64,000 nt of DNA from a virus. Location of the stretch: positions 1 through 64,000 of IMG/VR virus record IMGVR_UViG_3300022916_000008; one strand, written 5' to 3'. The notes beneath the pieces were generated by a model. That model did not search any database and was not told the DNA's origin. It saw only the letters and a list, made by a program, of their open reading frames with translations. How positions within the stretch are numbered: the first letter of the stretch is position 1; the number at the start of each line of letters is the position of its first letter. The position numbers and the translations under genes were made by a program. Positions 9,244 to 19,964 of this stretch are shown here, in pieces.

Positions 9244-11487
9244 TTATTGTTCAACGCCTTTTTTGCCTTCGGTTAGTAGTAGCATATCTCCCACTGCTCT
9301 ATTGGCTTGGGTGATGTATTTACCTTCACTATATGTAGTATCTGTTCCAGTTCCAAGACTTGTTTTAGTTGTTACGCTTCCACCTATAAGGCTCATTACA
9401 AATACACCTGCGGTTGTTCTGGTTACTTCAACTTCGTACAGTGTATTAATAGTATAAACACTTCCAGATGTGATTACGGCTGCTCCAACAGCTCCATTAG
9501 TGACAACATATACATAAAACTTTTCGTCTGTACCAAACCTAACCATATAACCATTAAGCCCAGTTGTACCTATATCACCCTGAATGTTTGCTATAAATAT
9601 GCAATCCTGAGTAGTAGTTGTATCTGCCTTATAAAACCACATCCTCCACTTACCATAAGCCTGAGTACTAGGGATAGCATAAGCATCTGCCACATTACAC
9701 AAATGATACTTAGTACCGCTATTGAAGTTAGGTAGTGGGGGGGCAAAGTCTATTGAAATATTCTTTATATAAAAACTTTCTTCTGTACCTGTATAAGTTG
9801 TACTTCCACTTGCAGAAGGAAATATAGTTAATCCTACATCGGCAGTAACCTTTGTTAAATTTGCAGAAATACGAGTCCATGCTCCTTGAACTCCAACTAT
9901 ATTAAATGGAACATCAGGAACACCACCATATTCTACATAAAGCTTTACTAATGTAGTATTTGCTGTAGGTATATAATAGTCAAAGGATGTCGTAATGTAA
10001 TCCCATTTAGTCAACCCAGCAATAGTTTTTTTCGTATAATGTGCTACACCAACGGCTGTTGTATCAGTTAATTGCAGACAGTCATCTTCTGTTCTTCCAC
10101 TATCATCGGTTATATTATCTACATTACCTGTGACAGTAATATTAGCAGAAGCAGGAAAACCATCAGCACCAGCACTAAAATCAGAAGTATATATATTACC
10201 TAATTCAACAACCCACTCATCCCAAACAATATTAGGAACTCCACCTGTAACTCCTATTCCTTGCCATTGGTCGGGAGCATTACCAACTGCTTGTCCTAGT
10301 GTGTTAGACTTAAAGGTTAGTTGGTTGGCAAAGTCATTAGAATATTTTACTATCTCTGCAAGTGTTCTTTCTTCGGTATAGAAATATAGTTCTTCAATCT
10401 CAAATGCTCCATAACTAGCATTATTTAAAGCTAGTGTACAAGCTGTCATGTCAACATCAGTTGTGCTTGTTATTTCTAATGTATGCCAAACACCTGCTGT
10501 TATAGTATCAGTGTCTACTCCATTGATATAGCAGTTATCAAATTCAGCATACTCAATTGTTCCTGCATTTGCAAGTATTAGTTTTGCGTTGGCAGCTCCT
10601 TCAAGTATTTGTTCTGTGGTAGTATCAAGTTTAATCCTACATGAGAAGCCCTTAATATTTCCTACTGCTCCCATTGCAAACTTACCATCTACGCCATGAA
10701 ACTTTCTACCACTTAATATAGGTGTTTGACCACCGCTAAACGTACCATGAAGAGTTCCTTTCACATCAAGGCTACTTCCTCTTTTAAATGTATATGCATG
10801 GCTTACATTAGCTGTTAGAACCTTTGTTGGCTTCTGACGATCATAAGCAATAGGATTAACTATCTTACGTCCTTTTGGTTTTGATTGTAGGAACTCGTTG
10901 TATAGGTTGTTGCGTTCTTGTGTGGGTAGGATACCACTATATACTTGTAAGGTCTGAATGTATGCAGTTGCACTCTCACCGCCAACAGGGTTAGCACCAA
11001 TATATAATGTATTTGTCGCTGGTGTAGCTAATGTTACAGATGCGGTTGCTCTTACCAGAGTAGGATTATTTACATATATAGTAACCACATCAGCATCAGT
11101 AATACTTATAATTGCCTGATACCACTTACCAACGTCTAAAGTTACCCCACTACTAAGATTAGCAGAGCCACCATAACCAGACCAATATAATACGTTAACA
11201 CTATTTACCCATATTGATCTTCTTTTACCTGCTGAATCTTCACCCCATGCGAATAAAAGATGATTAATTCCACTTGTTAATAATTTAAAATTACAAACTA
11301 CTGTAAAATCATTCAGAGACAACCCCATTGAAGCACCGTAGGCAATATTGGTACTCCCATTCCCTTTCCAAGCTAATCCTTTAGATGTAGTACGAAATAC
11401 GCCATTAGTATTAGTTCCTTGTACACCACTTATACCATCAATGTATGAACCTTCATGTATGTTATTGAAATCGAATACCTTACTCAT
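9244..11487 (-). CDS. LamG/concanavalin-like multi-domain fibre or receptor-binding protein
   Basis: FTV..GKWYQ..IYVN..LYIGA..IQTLQVYSG pattern plus CBM-like segments. Confidence 0.75.
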   Translation of the reverse strand: MSKVFDFNNIHEGSYIDGISGVQGTNTNGVFRTTSKGLAWKGNGSTNIAYGASMGLSLNDFTVVCNFKLLTSGINHLLFAWGEDSAGKRRSIWVNSVNVLYWSGYGGSANLSSGVTLDVGKWYQAIISITDADVVTIYVNNPTLVRATASVTLATPATNTLYIGANPVGGESATAYIQTLQVYSGILPTQERNNLYNEFLQSKPKGRKIVNPIAYDRQKPTKVLTANVSHAYTFKRGSSLDVKGTLHGTFSGGQTPILSGRKFHGVDGKFAMGAVGNIKGFSCRIKLDTTTEQILEGAANAKLILANAGTIEYAEFDNCYINGVDTDTITAGVWHTLEITSTTDVDMTACTLALNNASYGAFEIEELYFYTEERTLAEIVKYSNDFANQLTFKSNTLGQAVGNAPDQWQGIGVTGGVPNIVWDEWVVELGNIYTSDFSAGADGFPASANITVTGNVDNITDDSGRTEDDCLQLTDTTAVGVAHYTKKTIAGLTKWDYITTSFDYYIPTANTTLVKLYVEYGGVPDVPFNIVGVQGAWTRISANLTKVTADVGLTIFPSASGSTTYTGTEESFYIKNISIDFAPPLPNFNSGTKYHLCNVADAYAIPSTQAYGKWRMWFYKADTTTTQDCIFIANIQGDIGTTGLNGYMVRFGTDEKFYVYVVTNGAVGAAVITSGSVYTINTLYEVEVTRTTAGVFVMSLIGGSVTTKTSLGTGTDTTYSEGKYITQANRAVGDMLLLTEGKKGVEQ

Positions 11488-11533
11488 TACCCTTCTCTAT
11501 TTATTGGTTCATGTATACTTGCTGTGTTTGTCA

Positions 11534-12955
11534 TTAGCTTAGTTTTTCTCTTTTAAGTGTCCAAAACTGCGTATGTTCAGCTAGGTTAATATTACCAGTA
11601 GTTATCCACCCATCACTAATAATCGGACTTCCGTAACTTCCTGTATATCCCCACTTGATATTACTACCTGTTTTATCTGCTGTACTAATTACTGATATGA
11701 TGTTCCAACCTCTGGTTAAAGTGGTTGTTGCTGCTCCATTTATCCAGCAAGTAGTTCCCCAATGTGTTAGGGTAGTTCCATTGCTTGTTATATTGGTAGT
11801 TCCATTATCAAGTGTCATAATGTTTTGTGCTGTTCCATCATTCCAGAATACAAAACTTACATGATTGACTGTACCTTTATTTCCTATTGTGATTAAATCA
11901 CTATTAGCTGCTACGAACTTAGCTGCATATACACTACCTCGTCTTACAATATCAGGAAGATTGGTTGTGTTTAAGGTTGTATATAAATCCTCACTGAACC
12001 CTCTACGACTTGTGTAATTACTTAGTGTGGTTATGGAAGGGTGTAGGACTTCTTTGACACTTACATTATCAATACTACAATTAAGTGAAGAATCTGCTTG
12101 AATATATATCCTATCATCGGCAATAGCTGCATCTAATGTAATTGTTTCTGTGAATGTTCCTGCTGCACCCCTACTTATTCCTGCTCCACTAGAATCATTA
12201 CCTAGTATGAAACGAGTTCCTCCTCCTCCAGATAAATTAGATGAAGTATATATTACTTTATATGTCTTACTTGCTGTTATTCCAGCAGATTGATATATTT
12301 CTGTTTTACTTCCTGCTGCGTGACTTGCGACTCCACTTCCAATTGTCCATCCAGCTCCTTTAGTCCAACCTGTATCTGTATCAAATCCGCCATTAGTAAC
12401 CAACTCACTCCCCAACTGCTCACTAACATCTGTTAATGCCTGATGTGTAGCTTTGTTATAATCGTTGGTTGCCTCAGACGCACTAAGTAAATAATTAAAT
12501 TGCTCTGCTAAGTCAGCTTTAAAAGTACCATAAGCAGTACCATCATATCCAATCTGTAAATCATTAACTGTGAAATCAGCATTGTTTTCAACTATTAGCG
12601 TAACCTTTCCAGTAGCAGGTACAGTAGAAGTTGCTGCTCCATTGACATAATAAGTAGCTGAACTAAAGCCTGTATTGGAAACAGTACCTCCTGTAACTAC
12701 AATAGTTCTACCTGTTGCTAACTTACAACGGAAACTTGTTACATCCTCTAATTCAAACTTGATAGTTCGTGTAACCCATGTTCCTTTAAATGTAATCTTA
12801 GAACTACTAGCAGTAACAAACATAGCTTGTCCATTCTCAAATGATACATTGCTTACAGTACCTTTAAGGTTCTGCACAATATCCCATTCAGTATTGAATG
12901 TACATCTCCAGTTACTACCACTGTTGCCCCAATTATGTCTACCTTCTTTTGTCAT
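11534..12955 (-). CDS. Lectin/CBM-containing fibre protein
   Basis: GSELVTNGGFDTDTGWTKGAGWTI...IDNVSVKEV module flanked by LamG-like parts. Confidence 0.7.
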   Translation of the reverse strand: MTKEGRHNWGNSGSNWRCTFNTEWDIVQNLKGTVSNVSFENGQAMFVTASSSKITFKGTWVTRTIKFELEDVTSFRCKLATGRTIVVTGGTVSNTGFSSATYYVNGAATSTVPATGKVTLIVENNADFTVNDLQIGYDGTAYGTFKADLAEQFNYLLSASEATNDYNKATHQALTDVSEQLGSELVTNGGFDTDTGWTKGAGWTIGSGVASHAAGSKTEIYQSAGITASKTYKVIYTSSNLSGGGGTRFILGNDSSGAGISRGAAGTFTETITLDAAIADDRIYIQADSSLNCSIDNVSVKEVLHPSITTLSNYTSRRGFSEDLYTTLNTTNLPDIVRRGSVYAAKFVAANSDLITIGNKGTVNHVSFVFWNDGTAQNIMTLDNGTTNITSNGTTLTHWGTTCWINGAATTTLTRGWNIISVISTADKTGSNIKWGYTGSYGSPIISDGWITTGNINLAEHTQFWTLKREKLS

Positions 12956-12965
12956 TGAATTAAAT

Positions 12966-13415
12966 TTATGCTACTGTTAGTGAACTTCCTGCATCTAAAG
13001 GCATCCAGTGTACTGTCCACTTTATTTCTCCTGTTGCACTTGCATCACAAGCCAATTCAATAACACCTTCTCTTACGATAACAGGCGTTACTTGTGCTAT
13101 TAAAGCTCCTTCTCCATCAACACCTTGCATAGCATTTCCAAATGTTCCTGTAATATTATATAAAGTTCCAGGAATATGCGCATTTGTATTAATTGCAGCA
13201 CAAAGATTAACAGAATTACCAGCAGTAGGATTTGATATAAGAAGCATATTATTAGCTATCGCTTCCATACCTGTTGTAGCCTCTCCTATAATTTGTGTTA
13301 TAAGAACCTTTCCTGTAACAGTAAAATAAGAAGTTGTGTCTGTTTGTGGTAATGTAGAAGCTGCTCTTTCTACTATTCTTGGATATATTTGTGTTGGTAT
13401 ACTTGTTCTACTCAT
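12966..13415 (-). CDS. Small beta-sandwich virion protein
   Basis: 149 aa, YFTVTGKV...GEIKWTVHWMPL; in the fibre cluster. Confidence 0.45.
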   Translation of the reverse strand: MSRTSIPTQIYPRIVERAASTLPQTDTTSYFTVTGKVLITQIIGEATTGMEAIANNMLLISNPTAGNSVNLCAAINTNAHIPGTLYNITGTFGNAMQGVDGEGALIAQVTPVIVREGVIELACDASATGEIKWTVHWMPLDAGSSLTVA

Positions 13416-13421
13416 TAGTTC

Positions 13422-13868
13422 TTATTTAAAATAACTTACAAAATCATTCCATGTTGCTGTGCCTTCTCCGTTGCTCCATTTGATTATCATCTTGATCACA
13501 TACTCAAAAGCATCCTTGTCGCAGTCAGGGAAGAACGTATAAGCTCTTTTGTTAAGTTTAAGCTTAGTTGATGGTATGTCATAATAAATCGTCTCAGAAG
13601 CCCTCTCTTCTGTTGCAGGGATTACTTTTTTTACAGCAGTTCCATTCATTACTTGCTGTACACAAGAGAAAACAGCATCAATCTTTCCAAACAAACTTTT
13701 TATCTGTGAAGCAGGTAATCTTAACTCTCCCATTTTATGCTTGGTAACTGTAACGTTTTTGTTTGTAGACATATATAAATCTACCAAAACCTTTTTATGT
13801 TTAACTGTTATTTCTTTTGTAGAAACTTTAGTGTCAACCTGTTTTTTAATTAGAAATGGATTATTCAT
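13422..13868 (-). CDS. Hypothetical protein
   Basis: 148 aa ORF, co-oriented with its neighbours. Confidence 0.5.
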   Translation of the reverse strand: MNNPFLIKKQVDTKVSTKEITVKHKKVLVDLYMSTNKNVTVTKHKMGELRLPASQIKSLFGKIDAVFSCVQQVMNGTAVKKVIPATEERASETIYYDIPSTKLKLNKRAYTFFPDCDKDAFEYVIKMIIKWSNGEGTATWNDFVSYFK

Positions 13869-13879
13869 CTTATTTTATT

Positions 13880-15097
13880 TTAATAATATTGATTATATCT
13901 TATATCAGCAGCATTAGCTGGAGCAGCAGTATTGTCTTCATCATATTGTAATTCAAAAAATATTGCATAAGGTCTTGTTGGCAAGTCTATAAAGAATATA
14001 TCACCTACCGTCCCATCATTAATAGTAATTCCAGCAGCATTTCCAAGTACATCGTCACTTATGTCAAATATTTCATCACTGTCTGTAATGGCTGTATCTT
14101 CGTCTGGTAATGCAAAATCTGTTTTCATTGTTGCCCATGCCCTTAAAGTAACATCGTTATGAGTATCATCAGCAGTTAGTAAATAGCTACCTGACATATA
14201 ATTAAAAGTGCTGCAGTAAACAGTATGTCTTGTGTATTTAGTGTCATTCTGTGCGCCCTCATTATCTTCATCAATATCTTGTGTAGTCAATTCATGATAA
14301 GGATCAGGGCTAATCTCACTTATGTTCTTAGCAGATAATCCATAGTCTTCACTCACATTATAATGAATGATAATCTGTAACTCATCCCCATCACTCATTG
14401 TTGTAGTATCATAGTCTAGCGTAATCACATTGCCGGATATACTTCCGCCTTTTCCTGATACTTGATTATGAAATATAAGGATATTGTCTTCCAAGTTAGT
14501 TATTGAAAGAACCTCTCCTATTCCAAGTGTCTTGACTCCTGCGAGGGTAATGGTTTGTAAGGATGCATCAAATGTATAACTACCGATATCTGTCCCAATC
14601 AATGTACCATCTGTTACACCGCTTGCAGAGGCTTCTGCTGCCCTTACGTTAGTATAGACTACAAATGTATCAGTAGCAGCTAAAGTAGCGCCTGTGATCG
14701 TTATATCTTGCACACCATCGTAGGTTAACAATGTATCTTGCCTTGTATATGTAGCAACCCAAGCTCCTGTTGTATCATACCTATCGATTTTTTCCACCTT
14801 GTCAATTGTAAAATCAGTAAGCGAAAGCGTTGCTGGCATATCTGATAAACGAACTGTTGTTGCTGCCTGGTAAGCTGTTACAAAATCACCATCCGATCCT
14901 GTAGGCATTCCTATCAATGCTCCATAACCACCTTCTAGTTCCTCTACCTTGCCGATAAGTTCTGTCATCTTTGCATCAATACTTGTTGTATCTGAAAATA
15001 TTCCAGTTAACAATGCTCCTATTGTAGAAGTTACTCCATCTAATGCTCTGGAGAGTAAACGCCAAATGGCATTTAAGGTATTGTGTATGTTGTTCAT
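13880..15097 (-). CDS. Fibre/structural protein
   Basis: Acidic and beta-rich, with the YTFDAS..TITL..LDYDTTTMSDGDELQI module seen in phage fibres. Confidence 0.55.
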   Translation of the reverse strand: MNNIHNTLNAIWRLLSRALDGVTSTIGALLTGIFSDTTSIDAKMTELIGKVEELEGGYGALIGMPTGSDGDFVTAYQAATTVRLSDMPATLSLTDFTIDKVEKIDRYDTTGAWVATYTRQDTLLTYDGVQDITITGATLAATDTFVVYTNVRAAEASASGVTDGTLIGTDIGSYTFDASLQTITLAGVKTLGIGEVLSITNLEDNILIFHNQVSGKGGSISGNVITLDYDTTTMSDGDELQIIIHYNVSEDYGLSAKNISEISPDPYHELTTQDIDEDNEGAQNDTKYTRHTVYCSTFNYMSGSYLLTADDTHNDVTLRAWATMKTDFALPDEDTAITDSDEIFDISDDVLGNAAGITINDGTVGDIFFIDLPTRPYAIFFELQYDEDNTAAPANAADIRYNQYY

Positions 15098-15104
15098 TAC
15101 TTTA

Positions 15105-15698
15105 TTATTTATTGTTACATGTATACTCTAGGTCAGGGATTTTTGTTATTAACTTTTTCATCTGTGGTTGTGTCTGAAACTTATAAACTGAATGGTTTTT
15201 TATCCTACAACTAGCCATATTCCATGTACAATGAAAATAACTGTCTTCAGTATGAGGAACTACCCAGGGCTTTCCTTTCCAGTTCTTTTTTGATTTCGCT
15301 AACTCTGGCTGCTTGTGGCATATTGTGTAATAAATAATCTTACCACTATTAGAACATACAAGCATAGGGCCTCTCCCTTGTTTAGACTCCGGGCACTTTG
15401 CACATCCATAAATATCTTCTTTGTTCTTGTTGCTATTCTTGTAATCGATTACATATAGATCAAACCTTCTCTTACATTTACGTACAAACATCTTACCTAT
15501 ATGGAGACCTATATTCAATACCTTGCCTTCTAGCATTTGAGACCTATACTCAACTAACGCATGACCAATAACTCTTCTGAAGTGGTCTGGGTGAATGTAT
15601 TTCTCTGGGTGCTCGTCATGGTACTTATCATAAAGTTCCTTAAAGCTAACCCTGCTCGATAGAGTCAACGGACTCCGGCTTTTGGTCATTGGCCTCAT
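15105..15698 (-). CDS. IHF/HU-like basic protein (crAss-like conserved gene)
   Basis: LEGKVLNIGLHIGKMFVRK, IDYKNS and YKFQ motifs; matches crAss synteny. Confidence 0.6.
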   Translation of the reverse strand: MRPMTKSRSPLTLSSRVSFKELYDKYHDEHPEKYIHPDHFRRVIGHALVEYRSQMLEGKVLNIGLHIGKMFVRKCKRRFDLYVIDYKNSNKNKEDIYGCAKCPESKQGRGPMLVCSNSGKIIYYTICHKQPELAKSKKNWKGKPWVVPHTEDSYFHCTWNMASCRIKNHSVYKFQTQPQMKKLITKIPDLEYTCNNK

Positions 15699-16323
15699 AT
15701 ATATTAACCATTTTAAGTTCTTTCGCTACTTCTTGATATATTGCATTAATGAAGTCTCCACTTATTGGAAAAGGACTATCATTAGTATAACACGGATCTC
15801 CTGAACAATTCCTAAACCTTGCTGCTTGTCTTGGATCGAAAAATAATGCCGACATATTAGCGTATCTAGTGAATTTATCGTTCAATATGTATAAATAGTT
15901 GTCTGGCTTGAGAAAGGCTCTCTTAACGTCTCCTGTGAACCTTAGATTGGGCAATGATCTTACCTCTGTATGTTTCATTGCTGCAAATACAGTATCATCA
16001 TTTGTGGATGTTATTGTGAAAGCATGTCTACCTTTTATTCTGATTAATTGTGGGATCTCCAATACTGACTTAAGGACTTTACACTCGGTTGCTACACCAC
16101 AGCATATTGTTTCATCTGTAAGTTCTAGTTCAAGGCAATTGATTGATTGTTGGAATATAGGATTGATCCCATTACGTTCTACATCCCTTCTTATAAGTAA
16201 TTCTCTCCAACGGAATATCTTAAACATGATCTGTTCCCTTGAATAGTCATCATTGGGCATACCTCCATTCTTGTCATTTAGAATGTCGTCTACTATCATA
16301 TTTAATGTTATACCGTATTTCAT
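15646..16323 (-). CDS. Tail ring protein
   Basis: QSINCLELE, LKSVLEIP, YLYI, FFDP and DSPFPI motifs. Confidence 0.7.
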   Translation of the reverse strand: MKYGITLNMIVDDILNDKNGGMPNDDYSREQIMFKIFRWRELLIRRDVERNGINPIFQQSINCLELELTDETICCGVATECKVLKSVLEIPQLIRIKGRHAFTITSTNDDTVFAAMKHTEVRSLPNLRFTGDVKRAFLKPDNYLYILNDKFTRYANMSALFFDPRQAARFRNCSGDPCYTNDSPFPISGDFINAIYQEVAKELKMVNIYEANDQKPESVDSIEQG

Positions 16324-17525
16324 TATGCGCCAATAAGGTTTTTAGCTAAAAGTTCTGTTATAACTGTTCCAATAACATCAGCAAGAAGATCTATTCCTGG
16401 CTGATCAAATGTTACTGCATCACAATCGATTGTTTTGTCTTGGGTTACATTTGTAGCCGTCCATCCTGTTGACTGAACGGTTCCTGCTGAGCCAAAGAAG
16501 CCAATCTTGTCTAATATCCCACCACCAAGAACAAGACTGTCTCCTGCCGTGCTAAATGTCATATCTACTGATGATGTGAATGTGCCATTATCTATACTAA
16601 CTGTGCTATCAATAACTACTGCTGATCCAGCAAAAGGTGTTAAATTAAGATTCCCTGCAGTAGTTGATATTGTGTTTAAATTAACGTCAATATTATCAAC
16701 AACTAATTGAGTACATGCTGTGCTAGTTCCAATAGTTACATTGTCAATAGTACCTGAATTAATATCTACAGCCGTAATCGTTAATGCATTAATCTGTCCT
16801 GCTGCTCCAACAACAAGTGCTTTTGAATTTGAAAGCGTTCCTGGAGTTACTCCTAAGTATTCAAGTTGTGTTGTTGTTATTGCAGATGTTGTTAATACTC
16901 CTCCTCCTGTTGTAACAGAGACCACACTTGCAGCTCCTGTTGCCAACTTTGTCCATGCAATACTTCCGGCAAGCATCCCATTAGTAACTTTAGAAGCCCC
17001 TATTGTCGTTGCTCCTACATTGTCTACTGTTACATCACCAGTAAGAGTTCGTGGGGAAACAACTCCTGTGCCATCTCCTATCCATATCGTTCCATCTGCT
17101 AACTTAGTAGTCAGTAGGGTGGCATCAATAATTGGCATAGTAATAACAACACTTGCTGCTAAATCGAATTCAAGGTTATATGCTCCACCTGATGTAATAA
17201 GACTTCCGCCAAGAGTTACCGTCTTCCCTCCTATCTTTGATACAGTTACTGCACCAGTAGTTGCTATGTCAGCGTCTCCACTTGTAGGTACATTAGCCCA
17301 ATTAGAACCATCATAAACCAATATGTCTTTAGGTGCTGGAGCAACATCTATATCCTCATCAATGTCCGAGAACTTTAAGTTAACTATCTTAGTGTACAGA
17401 TACTTATGGGTTTCATCATGCTGAGTTACTGTCAAGGCGGTTCCGCTTCTATCAATAGCCCCAAGAGTATCTACTCCCGGAGTCCATGCTGATGCATCCC
17501 TTGTGTATAATTTATAAGCTGTCAT
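16323..17525 (-). CDS. Tail fibre protein
   Basis: DILVYDGSNW, SGDADIATTG and TGDVTVDNVG repeats; C-terminal KIGFFG. Start probably MTAYK. Confidence 0.65.
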   Translation of the reverse strand: MTAYKLYTRDASAWTPGVDTLGAIDRSGTALTVTQHDETHKYLYTKIVNLKFSDIDEDIDVAPAPKDILVYDGSNWANVPTSGDADIATTGAVTVSKIGGKTVTLGGSLITSGGAYNLEFDLAASVVITMPIIDATLLTTKLADGTIWIGDGTGVVSPRTLTGDVTVDNVGATTIGASKVTNGMLAGSIAWTKLATGAASVVSVTTGGGVLTTSAITTTQLEYLGVTPGTLSNSKALVVGAAGQINALTITAVDINSGTIDNVTIGTSTACTQLVVDNIDVNLNTISTTAGNLNLTPFAGSAVVIDSTVSIDNGTFTSSVDMTFSTAGDSLVLGGGILDKIGFFGSAGTVQSTGWTATNVTQDKTIDCDAVTFDQPGIDLLADVIGTVITELLAKNLIGA

Positions 17526-17857
17526 AATGTATGATCTAAAGTTGTGTGACTTGCGCTTGTGTGCTGTGCTGCAGATACTACTGTCGAACCTGATACTTCT
17601 GTACAATTACAACTGCAGAGTTTATTTATTCTATGTATTGTCTTTTCGATCTGTGCTCCTGTCATGCATACCTCTGACTCCCAAGTCAAATAAGTTTCTA
17701 AAGCAAAGATTATGATTGATAGCTCTTGGTTTACTAACAAGGTGGCTTCATAACCCTGTCCATTGATTGCTTTACTAAGCATCTTGCATGTATAGTCTCC
17801 CATACAACATTTTGCAGTATTAATACCTGCCTGTATTTGTGCGTTGCTATAACTCAT
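17522..17857 (-). CDS. Cys-rich tail hub-like protein
   Basis: KCC...LCSCNC; synteny with crAss hub genes. Confidence 0.5.
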   Translation of the reverse strand: MSYSNAQIQAGINTAKCCMGDYTCKMLSKAINGQGYEATLLVNQELSIIIFALETYLTWESEVCMTGAQIEKTIHRINKLCSCNCTEVSGSTVVSAAQHTSASHTTLDHTL

Positions 17858-18414
17858 TATTGACAACCACTTTGATAGCAGTCACCGTCATCATCACAAA
17901 ACTCCTCAACATAGTCGAGTTTGGCTTGTGCTTCTGTCCAGTCACCACAGTTAGTACTACCATCATGCTCTGCACCTTCTAGTAACATCTTCATGAAGGT
18001 TAAATTTGATATTGCTTTTTCCCTTGCACAATCACTACATGAATAGTCCATGATAGAAGCGATCTTAGAGGCAAGGCAACACTTTCTCTGTGCATCTGTA
18101 AAAATGTATACAGAAGTATCTGTCGTCTCTGGTGCTACTGCTGAGGCTGATAACTTGAATTCATATACTCCATCTGGAATAACATCATCCTCTGCACCTG
18201 CTACTGTAATTGAACCTCCTGATGAATAAATTGGTATTGTTCCAGGCGCTGTTGTTATTGGGTCCCCTAAAGAGGTATAGTCTGAATCACCTGGAGCTTT
18301 ATAATAAAGATAAGCAGGATCTCCAATTGTAGCTATACTATCCCAATCAGAGACTGTAAGGGTAATAGTCTTTGCTGTGCTGTTTATTGCTGCTGTGAAT
18401 ACGACTGTTGCCAT
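17857..18414 (-). CDS. Tail hub-like protein
   Basis: IPDGVY motif and Cys-rich helical C-terminus; follows the auxiliary capsid gene. Confidence 0.55.
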   Translation of the reverse strand: MATVVFTAAINSTAKTITLTVSDWDSIATIGDPAYLYYKAPGDSDYTSLGDPITTAPGTIPIYSSGGSITVAGAEDDVIPDGVYEFKLSASAVAPETTDTSVYIFTDAQRKCCLASKIASIMDYSCSDCAREKAISNLTFMKMLLEGAEHDGSTNCGDWTEAQAKLDYVEEFCDDDGDCYQSGCQ

Positions 18415-18443
18415 AGAAGTAGATGTTTAAGTTACCATGGTAC

Positions 18444-18471
18444 AAAGGAGGGGCTGTTAACTCCCCCCTTT
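18444..18471 (-). terminator. Intrinsic terminator-like hairpin after the auxiliary capsid gene
   Basis: AAAGGAGGGG / CTCCCCCCTTT inverted repeat. Confidence 0.55.
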
Positions 18472-18488
18472 ATACTACGGTAGTGAAA

Positions 18489-19964
18489 TTAAGCTGCATC
18501 TATAGTAGCTGCGAATGCACCTGATGAATTTGGGCCATCCTTTAGGTAATCTTCTAACCAGTTTGCGCCAGGAGATCCATCACCAAGAACTTGTACTGCA
18601 AGCGTATTGATAGTGAATGTTCCAATGTCATCTAAGACATAGATAACAAGTTCCATGTTATTATCATGACTCCTGCCTGTGCCATCTGTGCCCGGAATAT
18701 AGTTGTTGTATGTAATACTCCATCTATTATAAGTTCCAGTTGAAGAAGCGATATGTGTTCTTGCGTCTGGTATAAATGTTTTATTCATAGTACCATAAGC
18801 AGGATCACTCCATCCTTCTTGTTGAGTTACCTCTGCATAAGAACCAACTTGATAAGCCATTGCATTCCTTGTTACAGCTTCATCTGCATCAAAACCTTCT
18901 TCAAGTTTAGCATCAAAATTCTCATTGTAATTATCAGCTTCGAAATGAAGTCCAAATAAAGTATCAGCATCTACTGTTGCATTGGCTACAAAACATGCAG
19001 AACCAATTGCTGCAGTCGTAGATGATGGAACCGCTTGAGGTGTTAATGCGACTGTTGCTCCTTCATATGGGCGATCAATTGTAAATGATTCATCTGCTAT
19101 CTCTCCTGTAACTTTATAAGAAACATTACCAAGACTAACATAATCACCTACAGCTAGATCTGGTGTAGTTGTATCTGTACATGTTACCAATATTGATCCA
19201 TTTGTAACTCCACAGTTAGCACCTGTGACTCCATTAAACTTAATAGTCTCGCTTACGCCTTCCCATGCTCTGTCAATGGTAAATGATCCGGCTACAACAT
19301 CAGACACTTTGTATACACTAAATCCAAGTTGTACAAAGTCTCCATCTACCATAGCACTTGCATGTGTACAGGTTACAGTAGTAGATCCATTAACAACAGT
19401 TGCGTTTCCTGCTAATGCTGTTACTGTTTCACTCTGACGTAAATAAGCTTTAACATTAAGATTAGTATCTGTATTAATCTCAGTCATTAAACTTTTAAGA
19501 AGAACATATCTTCCTTGTGCTGCTGCTGGCGTATTGTAAGCTGAAATAAAAGACTTATAGAAACCTGATGGCTCCCACTTTGTACCTTCATTGTCTATAT
19601 CAGCAGGAGTAATACGAATACCATATTCATATGAACTGTATAGATTCACTGGTAAGGTGTTTGTTCCGGTCCCAATATAACCCGCTACAATACTTTTCTT
19701 TGCTCCTACAGTATAAATTGCATTGGAGAAAGTTACAACACCTTTTCCCTCTATAGTTACAACATCTGGGGCTTGCCCTGTACCTTTTCCTACTGCTACT
19801 AACACTCTTGGAAAGTTAGTGACTGTACTTGCGTTTCCAATTGCTGCAAGAGTTCCAACAGGGCTTTGTGTAAGAATACCTAATTGTCCTGATGTTAATG
19901 CTGTCAATGTAGTTGGTGCATTAGTTATGCTACTAGCTACCAACACGTTTTTTTGTCTACTCAT
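18489..19964 (-). CDS. Auxiliary capsid protein with a duplicated inserted domain
   Basis: Position after MCP and ring genes; GSYAEVTQQE motif; internal tandem beta domains. Confidence 0.6.
   Translation of the reverse strand: MSRQKNVLVASSITNAPTTLTALTSGQLGILTQSPVGTLAAIGNASTVTNFPRVLVAVGKGTGQAPDVVTIEGKGVVTFSNAIYTVGAKKSIVAGYIGTGTNTLPVNLYSSYEYGIRITPADIDNEGTKWEPSGFYKSFISAYNTPAAAQGRYVLLKSLMTEINTDTNLNVKAYLRQSETVTALAGNATVVNGSTTVTCTHASAMVDGDFVQLGFSVYKVSDVVAGSFTIDRAWEGVSETIKFNGVTGANCGVTNGSILVTCTDTTTPDLAVGDYVSLGNVSYKVTGEIADESFTIDRPYEGATVALTPQAVPSSTTAAIGSACFVANATVDADTLFGLHFEADNYNENFDAKLEEGFDADEAVTRNAMAYQVGSYAEVTQQEGWSDPAYGTMNKTFIPDARTHIASSTGTYNRWSITYNNYIPGTDGTGRSHDNNMELVIYVLDDIGTFTINTLAVQVLGDGSPGANWLEDYLKDGPNSSGAFAATIDAA

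Noticed and set aside
5789-17525. Diversity-generating retroelement or invertible fibre cassette
   Set aside because: No reverse transcriptase, invertase or template/variable repeat pair was noticed in the window.
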